Positions 36,225-45,139 of a stretch of DNA of 61,344 nt are shown in pieces. This stretch comes from Minisyncoccia bacterium (lineage in GTDB: Bacteria > Patescibacteriota > Minisyncoccia > Moranbacterales > GCA-2747515). Where the stretch lies: contig JBGSQF010000013.1 in NCBI GenBank assembly GCA_041738235.1, forward strand, positions 1 through 61,344, in the 5' to 3' direction. Positions within the stretch are counted from its first letter, which is position 1. Each line of letters starts with the position of its first letter. Both the position numbers and the translations under genes were made by a program. Below the pieces are notes generated by a model that saw only the letters and a program-made list of their open reading frames with translations, had not been told where the DNA came from and did no database searches.

Positions 36225-38012
36225 ATGTCGAAACGAACTCATAAGAAAAATCTGAGAAACAATATGCAAAAGAAAGGAACTTGGTGGGCGCTTGGGGGGA
36301 TACTGCTTTTGACGGTCATAACGGTTGTTTTTGTTTTTCCACAATTAGTGTCATTTATTCCGCCGGCAAAGGCGGCGATCGATAAATTGAACATCAAATT
36401 GGGGTTGGATCTTCAGGGAGGTGCACGTCTGGAATATGAGGCAAAAACGGATAGTCTTGCGAGTGACCAGGTACAAAGTGCTCTTGATGCCGTGCAAGGG
36501 GTAGTAGAACGTCGTGTAAATGCTATTGGTGTAGGAGAGCCAAAGGTACAACAAGCAACTTCGGGAACTTCACATCGTATTATTGTGGAGATCCCGGGAG
36601 TGAGTGATGTCCGTGATGCAAAAGATAAGATAAAAGATGCGCCACTTCTTGAATTTCGAGAAATGCCCGCAGAAAATCCCGAAGGACAAAAGATCATTGA
36701 TCAATTGAATGCAAGTTCCAAAAAGAACGCGGAGGATACTCTTCAGAAGGCTCTTGCCGGAGATGATTTTTCGGAGTTGATCAAGTCTTCAAGTCCTGAT
36801 CCAAATGCAGTTGAGGCTACTGCTGGGGATCTGGGATTTGTTTCAAAGGGGAAACTCTTACCAGAATTCGATGCTGTGCTTTTTGAAAAGGACCTGGCGG
36901 TCGGTGCTGTCTACCCAGAATTGGTGGAAACGGATTCTGGATGGTTTATTCTCAAGAAGGAAGAAGAGCGTTTTGTAAAGTCTGGGACAGAAGAAGTGGT
37001 TGATGGTCCTGGTGATGGAATAGAAAAACAGGTTCACGCAAAATATATTCCTTTTCGCAAGATGCAACTTTCTGATATTCCGGAGTTGGCATATACAAAG
37101 ACAGGACTTACAGGGCAATATCTTAAGTCGGCAACGGCAAACTTTGCTCAACAACAATATGGACTTTCTGAACCGATGGTGTCGATGCAATTCAATGACG
37201 AGGGAGCAAAAATGTTTGAAGAGGTCACACGTCGCAATGTCGGAAAGCCATTGGCGATATTTATTGATGGAGAACTGGTGACGGCTCCGACCGTGAATGA
37301 TGTGATCGCGGGTGGGCAAGCTCAGATCACTGGAAAATATACACTTGACCAAGCCAAGGAGTTGGCAAGGCGTCTCAACGAAGGAGCATTACCGGTTCCT
37401 TTGGAGCTCGTGGGGGAGGATATCATTAGTCCTTCTTTGGGTCATGAGGAGTTGGTCGCGAGTGTTAAGGCAGGCCTTATGGGGCTTATAGCGGTAATAC
37501 TTTTTGTGATGGTATACTATCGCCTTCCGGGAGTGATCGCAGGATTTGCCTTGGTGTTATACTCACTTTTTATTATCACATTGTTCAAACTTACAGGACT
37601 GGGTGGGGCGCAAACACAGATCACACTGACCCTTTCTGGAATAGCGGGATTTATTTTGTCTGTGGGAATGGCTATTGACGCCAATATTTTGATCTTTGAG
37701 CGAATGAAAGAAGAGTTGCAATCAGGGAAAGGAATTCGGCAGTCGACGCAAGAAGGGTTCAAGCGGGCATGGACGAGCATTCGAGATAGTAACCTTTCAA
37801 CAATTCTTACTTCCCTTATCCTGATCGGCGTGGGCACTGGATTTGTTCAAGGATTTGCTTTGGTCTTGATGTTGGGAGTGATCGTGTCGATGTTCTCGGC
37901 AATGTTCGTGACGCGCGTTATTCTTCTAGCGCTACCACTGGAAAAGTTGGAGAAATTTACATTTCTTTTTCTGGGAAAGGGAGTTCAGGATCGAGAAGTT
38001 AAGAATCGATAA
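36225..38012 (+). CDS. secD: protein translocase subunit SecD with parvulin-like insertion
   Basis: LGLDLQGG, P1-base region LTGQYL...GKPLAIFIDGELVTAPTVN...GALPVPLE, and a C-terminal 6-TM bundle (GIAGFILSVGMAIDANILIFERMKEE). ATG 36225 preferred over 36162. Confidence 0.9.
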   Translation: MSKRTHKKNLRNNMQKKGTWWALGGILLLTVITVVFVFPQLVSFIPPAKAAIDKLNIKLGLDLQGGARLEYEAKTDSLASDQVQSALDAVQGVVERRVNAIGVGEPKVQQATSGTSHRIIVEIPGVSDVRDAKDKIKDAPLLEFREMPAENPEGQKIIDQLNASSKKNAEDTLQKALAGDDFSELIKSSSPDPNAVEATAGDLGFVSKGKLLPEFDAVLFEKDLAVGAVYPELVETDSGWFILKKEEERFVKSGTEEVVDGPGDGIEKQVHAKYIPFRKMQLSDIPELAYTKTGLTGQYLKSATANFAQQQYGLSEPMVSMQFNDEGAKMFEEVTRRNVGKPLAIFIDGELVTAPTVNDVIAGGQAQITGKYTLDQAKELARRLNEGALPVPLELVGEDIISPSLGHEELVASVKAGLMGLIAVILFVMVYYRLPGVIAGFALVLYSLFIITLFKLTGLGGAQTQITLTLSGIAGFILSVGMAIDANILIFERMKEELQSGKGIRQSTQEGFKRAWTSIRDSNLSTILTSLILIGVGTGFVQGFALVLMLGVIVSMFSAMFVTRVILLALPLEKLEKFTFLFLGKGVQDREVKNR

Positions 38013-38026
38013 AGTCTGAAGCTTAT

Positions 38027-38923
38027 ATGAAAAACATCATTCAAAATCGGATCTATACGTATATATTTTCCGGAACATTGGTCCTAGTGAGCGTTGTGGC
38101 TCTTTTTGTGTGGGGGCTTCGTTTTGGTATTGACTTTCAGGGAGGAACGACGCTGGAAGTGAGCGCTTCAAAAGAAGGGGTTGTTTCTATTGATAAACTG
38201 CGCGAGGATCTTACAGCTAAGAATTTTCCAGGACTTTCAATTCAGACATTGAAGAGTGGAAACATTCTTGTCCAATATGGTGTGGTAGAGGGAGGAGGAA
38301 GTGATACGGTATTGGACGCATTGCAGTCGCAGGACCAGGGGGCCCAGATCGTTGATACCAAAACAGTTGGTGGAGTGATCTCTGGGGAAATGCGCAGTAA
38401 ATCAATGCAAGCGGTGATCGCGGCTGTCATTGGTATCGCGCTGTATATTGCATGGTCGTTTCGAAAGGTTTCTCGACCTGTTTCTTCGTGGTTGTATGGT
38501 GCTGGAGCGCTAGTGGCTTTAGTTCACGATATTGCCATTACATTGGGAGTCTTTGCGGTTCTTGGACATTTTTGGGGAGTGGAGGTGGATGTGCCATTTA
38601 TTGCGGCCCTCCTCACTATTTTGGGGTATTCGATCAATGATACGATCGTCGTCTATGATCGTGTTCGAGAGAATATTTTTAGACATGGGCGACAAGAGGA
38701 TTTTGAGATGGTGGTCAATCGATCCGTCAATGAGACCTTGGCGCGATCCTTAAATACTTCTATGACCGTGTTAGTGGTTCTCTTGGCGATTATTCTTTTT
38801 GGTGGTCCAAGTATATTTTATTTTTCACTCGCGCTCTTTGTGGGAATTATCGCTGGAACGTATTCCTCGATATTCATTGCTTCAGCCTTGTTGGTAACAA
38901 TAGAAAAGAGATTCATAAAATAA
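38027..38923 (+). CDS. secF: protein translocase subunit SecF
   Basis: GIDFQGGT, INDTIVVYDRVREN, 6 TM helices. Follows secD. Confidence 0.9.
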   Translation: MKNIIQNRIYTYIFSGTLVLVSVVALFVWGLRFGIDFQGGTTLEVSASKEGVVSIDKLREDLTAKNFPGLSIQTLKSGNILVQYGVVEGGGSDTVLDALQSQDQGAQIVDTKTVGGVISGEMRSKSMQAVIAAVIGIALYIAWSFRKVSRPVSSWLYGAGALVALVHDIAITLGVFAVLGHFWGVEVDVPFIAALLTILGYSINDTIVVYDRVRENIFRHGRQEDFEMVVNRSVNETLARSLNTSMTVLVVLLAIILFGGPSIFYFSLALFVGIIAGTYSSIFIASALLVTIEKRFIK

Positions 38924-38928
38924 ATTGT

Positions 38929-39894
38929 ATGCGCGTATTGGTAACGGGTGGATGTGGGTTCATTGGATCTAATTTCATTCATTATATCCTTGAACGTCAT
39001 TTAGAATGGGACGTGGTGAATTTGGACTTACTGACGTATGCTGGAAATTCAGCGAATGTTTCAAAATGGGAAGGGAATGCGCATTATACTTTTGTTCATG
39101 GAGATATCTGTGATCGTGAGAGGGTAAAAGGTGTGATGCAGGGAGTGGATATGGTAGTGCATTTTGCTGCCGAATCACACGTGGACCGTTCGATCGCTGA
39201 TCCGGGTGCATTTGTTCGTACAAATGTATTGGGCACGCAAATCCTTCTTGATGAGGCTCGCGAGGCAGGCGTGAAGCGTTTTCATCATGTTTCAACTGAT
39301 GAAGTTTTTGGGGCGCTTAAACCTGGGGATAAGGCATTTGATGAACATACCCCGTATGCTCCACATAGTCCCTATTCAGCATCAAAGGCAGGATCGGACC
39401 ATCTTGTTCGGGCATATCGTGATACATATGGATTTCCTGTTACTATTTCGAATTGTTCGAACAATTATGGGCCGTATCATTTTCCAGAGAAGCTTATTCC
39501 ATTGGCGATCACGAATGTTCTTCGTGAAAGAAAGGTTCCAGTATATGGAAAAGGAGAGCAGATTCGCGATTGGTTGTATGTTACGGATCACTGTCGGGCT
39601 ATTGATATGATACTCGAGAAAGGGATGGTTGGCGAAACCTATTGCGTGGGAGGGGATAATCAACCAACAAACCTTGAGATTGTCAGAATAATTCTGGATC
39701 GTCTTGGAAAAGGTGAGGAAATGATCGAGTTTGTGAAAGATCGACCGGGACATGATTTTCGATATGATATTGATTACACCAAAATAAAGAGTAAGCTCGG
39801 GTGGAAGCCGAGCGTCACCCTTTCAGAGGGGTTGGATCAAACGATCAGTTGGTACTTGGAGAATCGATCATGGTGGGAACCACTTATAAAATAG
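38929..39894 (+). CDS. rfbB: dTDP-glucose 4,6-dehydratase
   Basis: GGCGFIGSNF Rossmann motif, catalytic YSASKAGSDHLVRAY, 321 aa. Confidence 0.92.
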   Translation: MRVLVTGGCGFIGSNFIHYILERHLEWDVVNLDLLTYAGNSANVSKWEGNAHYTFVHGDICDRERVKGVMQGVDMVVHFAAESHVDRSIADPGAFVRTNVLGTQILLDEAREAGVKRFHHVSTDEVFGALKPGDKAFDEHTPYAPHSPYSASKAGSDHLVRAYRDTYGFPVTISNCSNNYGPYHFPEKLIPLAITNVLRERKVPVYGKGEQIRDWLYVTDHCRAIDMILEKGMVGETYCVGGDNQPTNLEIVRIILDRLGKGEEMIEFVKDRPGHDFRYDIDYTKIKSKLGWKPSVTLSEGLDQTISWYLENRSWWEPLIK

Positions 39895-40003
39895 GTTGGA
39901 ATCATAATACGGAGAGCTTCCACAATTTCAAGATCAACTGTTTTTATCCAGGAGAGATTACCCAAAATACAAAGTAGCGTTTTGTTTAAAGATCTCAGTT
40001 CTT

Positions 40004-41251
40004 ATGTTCAATCGCCTCTTTATTATCCTACGGCTTGCCGCTCAAAATCTATTTTCCTCGAAAGGAAGAACTTTCTTGACCATCCTGGGTATTATCATTG
40101 GGATCGCCTCGGTCATTATTGTCATGTCGGTAGGAAATAGTGTCCAGTCATTGATCTTGGATCAAGTGAGAAATGTTGGATCAAATCTTGTGGTGGTTAT
40201 CCCTGGAGCCTCTAAGGAAGATGGGCCTCCAGCGGTAGCATTTGGTATTGTAACAACGACACTCATAAATGATGATCTTTTGGCGATACGAAAGAAGAGC
40301 AATGTTCCACATTTGGATTATGCGGCAGGATATTCTCAGGGAAGTGCATTAGTCCGTTATCGCGATCAGAGTTATCAAACTACGGTCATAGGAGTGAGTG
40401 CCGATATGATCAATGTAGAGAATGCTCAAGTTGAAAGTGGGCGTTTCTTTTCTTCTGAAGAGGATGCTGGGCAGAGCAGGATTGCGGTGTTGGGAAGTAC
40501 GCGTGCCAAGGACCTATTTGGATCAGTGAATCCTATTGGTAAAACTGTGCGGATCAAAGACCTGAATTTTAGGGTGATCGGAGTGATGAAAGAGCGTGGA
40601 TCGGCTGCTTTTTCCAACCCTGATGTAAATGTATTCGTTCCTTTGCTTACAGCACAGAATGTGCTATTTGGGAAAAACTATCTGACGTATATTCGAAGTA
40701 AGGTGGATGATGAAAAGAATCTCACGCAAACGAAAGAAGATATCCGAGCACTTTTACGTGACCGTCATGATATTGCGTATGATAGCGAAGAAGATTTTAG
40801 TGTGCGAAGTTTTGATACTGCTTTAGGTATTTTAACAAATGTTACGGATATTTTAAAATATTTTTTGGTTTCGGTTGCATCAATTTCGTTGGTAGTGGGA
40901 GGGATCGGTATCATGAATATCATGTTCATCTCTCTACAGCGGCGTATTCGTGAGATCGGGCTTCGAAAGGCGATCGGGGCTATGAATAGAGATATTGTAT
41001 TTCAAGTGATCGCCGAATCCGTCTTTGTCTCTTTGGTGGGGTCTTTCTTTGGCATTGTATTTGGTATTGCGATAACCTTTTTGACAGCAATTATTATTCA
41101 GCATCTCGGGTATACGTGGACGTTTCTGATCACGCCAACTTCTCTGATGATCGCCGTTGGTATTTCCATCTTGATCGGTATTCTCGCAGGACTCTATCCG
41201 GCACGTTTTGGTGCTCGTATCAGTCCAACAGAGGCTCTTCGGTATGAATGA
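40004..41251 (+). CDS. ABC transporter permease, MacB/FtsX-like
   Basis: N-terminal TM helix, MacB-type periplasmic domain, and a C-terminal FtsX 3-TM with GGIGIMNIMFISLQRRIREIGLRKAIGA. Confidence 0.85.
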   Translation: MFNRLFIILRLAAQNLFSSKGRTFLTILGIIIGIASVIIVMSVGNSVQSLILDQVRNVGSNLVVVIPGASKEDGPPAVAFGIVTTTLINDDLLAIRKKSNVPHLDYAAGYSQGSALVRYRDQSYQTTVIGVSADMINVENAQVESGRFFSSEEDAGQSRIAVLGSTRAKDLFGSVNPIGKTVRIKDLNFRVIGVMKERGSAAFSNPDVNVFVPLLTAQNVLFGKNYLTYIRSKVDDEKNLTQTKEDIRALLRDRHDIAYDSEEDFSVRSFDTALGILTNVTDILKYFLVSVASISLVVGGIGIMNIMFISLQRRIREIGLRKAIGAMNRDIVFQVIAESVFVSLVGSFFGIVFGIAITFLTAIIIQHLGYTWTFLITPTSLMIAVGISILIGILAGLYPARFGARISPTEALRYE

Positions 41252-41306
41252 GTTTACAAGGTTACAAGATCAAAAGTCTATAAAATAAATTGGGTATAAA
41301 TTTGTT

Positions 41307-42560
41307 ATGCGATCCATCTTTCTTGCTATACAACTTTCTTTTCGGAATTTGAGAACGAACTTTGTTCGGACACTTGTGACGCTTATCGGAATTGTGATTT
41401 CCATTGCGGCGATCATTATTGTACTTAGTGCGGGAGGGAGTGTGAAGGAATATGTGCTTGATGAAGTGGGAAGTTACGGTTCGAATACGATCCAGGTGGA
41501 GGTGCGGGTCCCATCAGGAACATCAGCCAAGGACAGGAGTACCAATCAAGCAATTGGTATGGGGGACGTTACGACCATGAAGGTGCGTGATGCAGAACGT
41601 ATTGCTCAGTTATCAAATGTTTCGGCATACTATGCAAGTGTTATTGGACAGGCACTGATGCAGCGTGAGAGTGAGCGAAAACAGGTGATGATATGGGGGG
41701 CTACTCCTGGAATTACGGATGTGGATAAAAATGTCAAGATAGCAGAGGGGGTCTTTTATTCGGCAGAGGATGAAGATGGTGCGGCACGAAAGATCGTACT
41801 CGGATCTGAGGTCAAAGAGACTTTCTTTGGGGATAGGCGGGCAGTGGGAGAAAAGGTCAAGATCAAAGGTCAGAGCTATACGGTGATTGGCGTTCTGGAG
41901 AAACGAGGGAGCTCATTAGGTTTTAACTTTGATGATATGATCTATATGCCACTCAAGACCACGCAAAGTATGATCTTGGGTATTGATCATCTTATTGCGA
42001 TCACGGTAGCTGTTAAAGATGAAGCAAAGATCAACGATACGGCAGAGAGCATTCGCCATATTTTGCGCGATGAACATAATATTGATGACCCAAACTTTGA
42101 TGATTTTGAAGTTATGACGATACAGGAGGCGCAAGATCTTATTAAACAAGTGTTCAATGCTGTTAATATTTTGCTTCTTTCTGTAGCGTCAATTTCGTTG
42201 ATCGTAGGTGGAGTGGGGATCATGAATGTTATGTTCGTGGCTCTTGAAGAGCGACTTTCAGAAATTGGCCTTCGAAAGGCGCTTGGAGCTAGACCACAAG
42301 ATATTATGAAACAGTTCTTGATCGAATCGATCGTGATCTCGGGATTTGGAGGGTTGATCGGTATTGCCTTGGGGGTACTTATTCTCTTCGGACTTCTATT
42401 TGTGGCAGGTCAATTCGGTTTTGTGCTTCCGTCTGGAATTACGCTGCAGACGATCGGCATTGCTGTGGCATTTTCTGTGGGGACAGGTCTTTTCTTTGGA
42501 GTGTACCCCGCGTGGCGGGCTTCGAAGATCGAACCGGTCGTGGCAATGAGACAAGAGTGA
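41307..42560 (+). CDS. ABC transporter permease, MacB/FtsX-like (paralogue)
   Basis: Same architecture as 40004..41251, with GGVGIMNVMFVALEERLSEIGLRKALGA. Confidence 0.85.
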   Translation: MRSIFLAIQLSFRNLRTNFVRTLVTLIGIVISIAAIIIVLSAGGSVKEYVLDEVGSYGSNTIQVEVRVPSGTSAKDRSTNQAIGMGDVTTMKVRDAERIAQLSNVSAYYASVIGQALMQRESERKQVMIWGATPGITDVDKNVKIAEGVFYSAEDEDGAARKIVLGSEVKETFFGDRRAVGEKVKIKGQSYTVIGVLEKRGSSLGFNFDDMIYMPLKTTQSMILGIDHLIAITVAVKDEAKINDTAESIRHILRDEHNIDDPNFDDFEVMTIQEAQDLIKQVFNAVNILLLSVASISLIVGGVGIMNVMFVALEERLSEIGLRKALGARPQDIMKQFLIESIVISGFGGLIGIALGVLILFGLLFVAGQFGFVLPSGITLQTIGIAVAFSVGTGLFFGVYPAWRASKIEPVVAMRQE

Positions 42561-42634
42561 GAAGATCGAGTAAAACTTGCTTGGCATTTTTTTCCATACA
42601 GAAAGGGGGTTGATGACTCTTTATTTCTACCTCT

Positions 42635-42663
42635 TTGACCTTTAACCTTCTTTCCTGTAAGAT
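42635..42663 (+). promoter_or_regulatory. candidate promoter of the mreBCD-mrdA operon
   Basis: TTGACC (42635-42640), 17 nt spacer, TAAGAT (42658-42663), 27 nt upstream of ATG 42691. Confidence 0.4.
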
Positions 42664-42690
42664 GAAAAAGCTCGTATAAACAGAAAAACA

Positions 42691-43776
42691 ATGATAAATC
42701 TTTCTAAAAACCTGTTCCGAAAGGTAACAGGGGCATTTTTTGGTAATCTTTCTAAAGATATTGGAATTGACCTAGGAACGGCCAACACTCTTGTGTATGT
42801 AAAAGGACGAGGGATCGTTATTAATGAACCTTCGGTGGTCGCTGTAAACAAACGTACCGGACAGATCTTGGCTATTGGAAAAGAAGCAAAAAAGATGGTT
42901 GGGAAAACCCCGAGTCATATTGTGGCTACGCGTCCATTGGTGGATGGTGTGATCAGTGATTTTGAGGTTACGGAACAGATGCTTCGATATTTTATTGAAA
43001 AGGTGCACGCTGAATCATTTTCTCTTTTACCTCGTCCACGTGTTCTTATTGGAATTCCTTCAGGTGTGACAGAGGTGGAAAAGCGTGCGGTGATCGATGC
43101 TGCTGTGAGTGCGGGTGCTCGAGAAGCTTATTTGATCGATGAGCCAATGGCAGCAGCTATTGGAGCAAAACTCCCTGTTACTGACCCCGCAGGGAACATG
43201 ATCGTGGATATTGGAGGAGGTACTTCGGAGATCGCTGTTATTTCCTTGGGAGGAGTTGTAGTTGCTCGGTCGCTTCGTATCGCCGGAGATGAAATGAATG
43301 AAGATATTATTCGCTATATGCGTGATGAATTTAACTTATTAATTGGAGAAAAAACAGCTGAAGACGTAAAGATCATGATCGGGAGCGCGCATCCTTTAAA
43401 ACAGGTTCTTGAGATGCCGGTTCGTGGTCGGGACCTGGTAACGGGGATACCAAAAGAAGTGCATGTGACCGATACACAGATCCGTGAGGCGTTATCTCAT
43501 TCGATCAGGATCATTGTTAATAATATCAGGACCATTATTGAGGAAACTCCACCAGAACTTCTTGCTGATATCATGCAGAAAGGCATCATTCTTGCGGGCG
43601 GAGGGAGTTTGGTGCGAGGATTGGATAAGCATGTTGCGAACGAAACAGAAATACCAGTGCGAATGATGGAGGATCCATTGACCGCAGTAGTGCGTGGTAC
43701 GGGGGTGGTTTTAGAAAATTTGGATACTCTTCGAGATGTGCTTGTTGAGAATGAGATCGAGAAGTCGCTTTTGTAG
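42691..43776 (+). CDS. mreB: rod shape-determining protein MreB
   Basis: Actin-fold motifs DLGTANTLVY, DEPMAAAIGA, DIGGGTSE. Confidence 0.95.
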   Translation: MINLSKNLFRKVTGAFFGNLSKDIGIDLGTANTLVYVKGRGIVINEPSVVAVNKRTGQILAIGKEAKKMVGKTPSHIVATRPLVDGVISDFEVTEQMLRYFIEKVHAESFSLLPRPRVLIGIPSGVTEVEKRAVIDAAVSAGAREAYLIDEPMAAAIGAKLPVTDPAGNMIVDIGGGTSEIAVISLGGVVVARSLRIAGDEMNEDIIRYMRDEFNLLIGEKTAEDVKIMIGSAHPLKQVLEMPVRGRDLVTGIPKEVHVTDTQIREALSHSIRIIVNNIRTIIEETPPELLADIMQKGIILAGGGSLVRGLDKHVANETEIPVRMMEDPLTAVVRGTGVVLENLDTLRDVLVENEIEKSLL

Positions 43777-43782
43777 GTGTTT

Positions 43783-44586
43783 ATGCAACCTTCTTTTTGG
43801 AAAAGAAAGATAATAGAGGCTGGAAGTGTTGTGCTTCTTTGTGCGTTTTTGTTGTGGTGGAACCCATCAAGATTATTGACCCCGGTTCGAGATATTTTAT
43901 GGGTCGCTGTTGAGCCAATAGCCATTGTCTTTCAGTACTTACGCGTGGTGCTTTCTGATGTCGGGCATTCGGTGGTCAGTATTGGATCTCTCAAGCAGGA
44001 GAACGCCCGATTAACCTCAGAAGCGATCCGTTTGCAAAGTCGTGTGGCAGAACTTGAGGACATGCAGAAGGAAAACGACCAACTTCGTCAAGAGATCGGT
44101 GTCGCCTTGCGTCATCCAGATCATGTGGCAACAGCTTTGGTGGTGGGGTATGATTCTCGAGGAGTAGGAGATTGGCTTATTATCAATAAGGGTAGTCGTG
44201 ATGGGATCGCATCAGGGATGACCGTCGTTTCCGGGGAGAACGTGCTTGTAGGCATGGTTGAAGAGGTGTTGACATCAACGTCACGAGTGAGTCTTATTAC
44301 GCATCCAAAAAGTGTTTTTAATGTACATACTGTTGAAACACAAGCGAGAGGCGTGGTTCGTGGGAAGTTTGGTTTGGGTATTCTTCTAGACTCTGTTCTT
44401 CAGACGGAAAGCATTCGTAAGGGCGATACGGTAGTTACTTCAGAATGGGGTGAGCAATATCCTCCCGGACTTCTTGTTGGGACTATTAGTGAAGTGGGAA
44501 CATCTCCTGACGGTTTGTTTCAGCAGGCAACGATCCTTTCGCCGATAGATTTCTTTGCTATTCGAACTGTTTCTATTATTCGTTGA
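43783..44586 (+). CDS. mreC: rod shape-determining protein MreC
   Basis: N-terminal TM helix, coiled coil (LKQENARLTSEAIRLQSRVAELEDMQKEN), then beta domains. Position after mreB. Alternative GTG start at 43777. Confidence 0.85.
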   Translation: MQPSFWKRKIIEAGSVVLLCAFLLWWNPSRLLTPVRDILWVAVEPIAIVFQYLRVVLSDVGHSVVSIGSLKQENARLTSEAIRLQSRVAELEDMQKENDQLRQEIGVALRHPDHVATALVVGYDSRGVGDWLIINKGSRDGIASGMTVVSGENVLVGMVEEVLTSTSRVSLITHPKSVFNVHTVETQARGVVRGKFGLGILLDSVLQTESIRKGDTVVTSEWGEQYPPGLLVGTISEVGTSPDGLFQQATILSPIDFFAIRTVSIIR

Positions 44587-44596
44587 GGCATGTGCT

Positions 44597-45139
44597 ATGG
44601 GTGTATTTCTTCGGATAGGCATCATTACGATAGCGATATGTTTGGATATGGTTCTCTCCGGATATTTTGGGGGGTCGCTCATATCACCTAATGTTACTCT
44701 CATGCTTGTTGTGGCGTGGTCACTCTTGCTGGGATTTACGGAATCGATCGGTTGGGTGATGCTTGCAGGTGTTCTTGCTGATATGGTGCTTTTTCGTCCC
44801 TTGGGTTTTTCTATTTTCATGTTCGTAGTGGCTGCATATGCGTCAAGTTTTCTGTCTAAGCGATTTTTTATAAGGCATCCGCTCTGGATATTGGTGCCAT
44901 TTTTTGGTGTTGTAATATTCTCTGTTTGTATGGAAATTCTTGCAGTGGTATTATTTTGGGGAGTGAAGGAGGGGGGGTCACTCATTATGACTTGGATAAT
45001 GCATGGAAGTGTCGTTATGCAAGGACTTCTTATCCTTGTGAACGCCGCGTTATTCTTTTTGAGTTATCGTGTTTTGGATGGCGTTGAAACATTCTTGTCT
45101 TACTATAAACGTAGGGTTCAACCAAAGAAATATGTTTAG
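44597..45139 (+). CDS. mreD: rod shape-determining protein MreD (by position and topology)
   Basis: About 5 TM helices and small size. Sits between mreC and PBP2. ATG 44597 follows the mreC stop. Confidence 0.6.
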   Translation: MGVFLRIGIITIAICLDMVLSGYFGGSLISPNVTLMLVVAWSLLLGFTESIGWVMLAGVLADMVLFRPLGFSIFMFVVAAYASSFLSKRFFIRHPLWILVPFFGVVIFSVCMEILAVVLFWGVKEGGSLIMTWIMHGSVVMQGLLILVNAALFFLSYRVLDGVETFLSYYKRRVQPKKYV

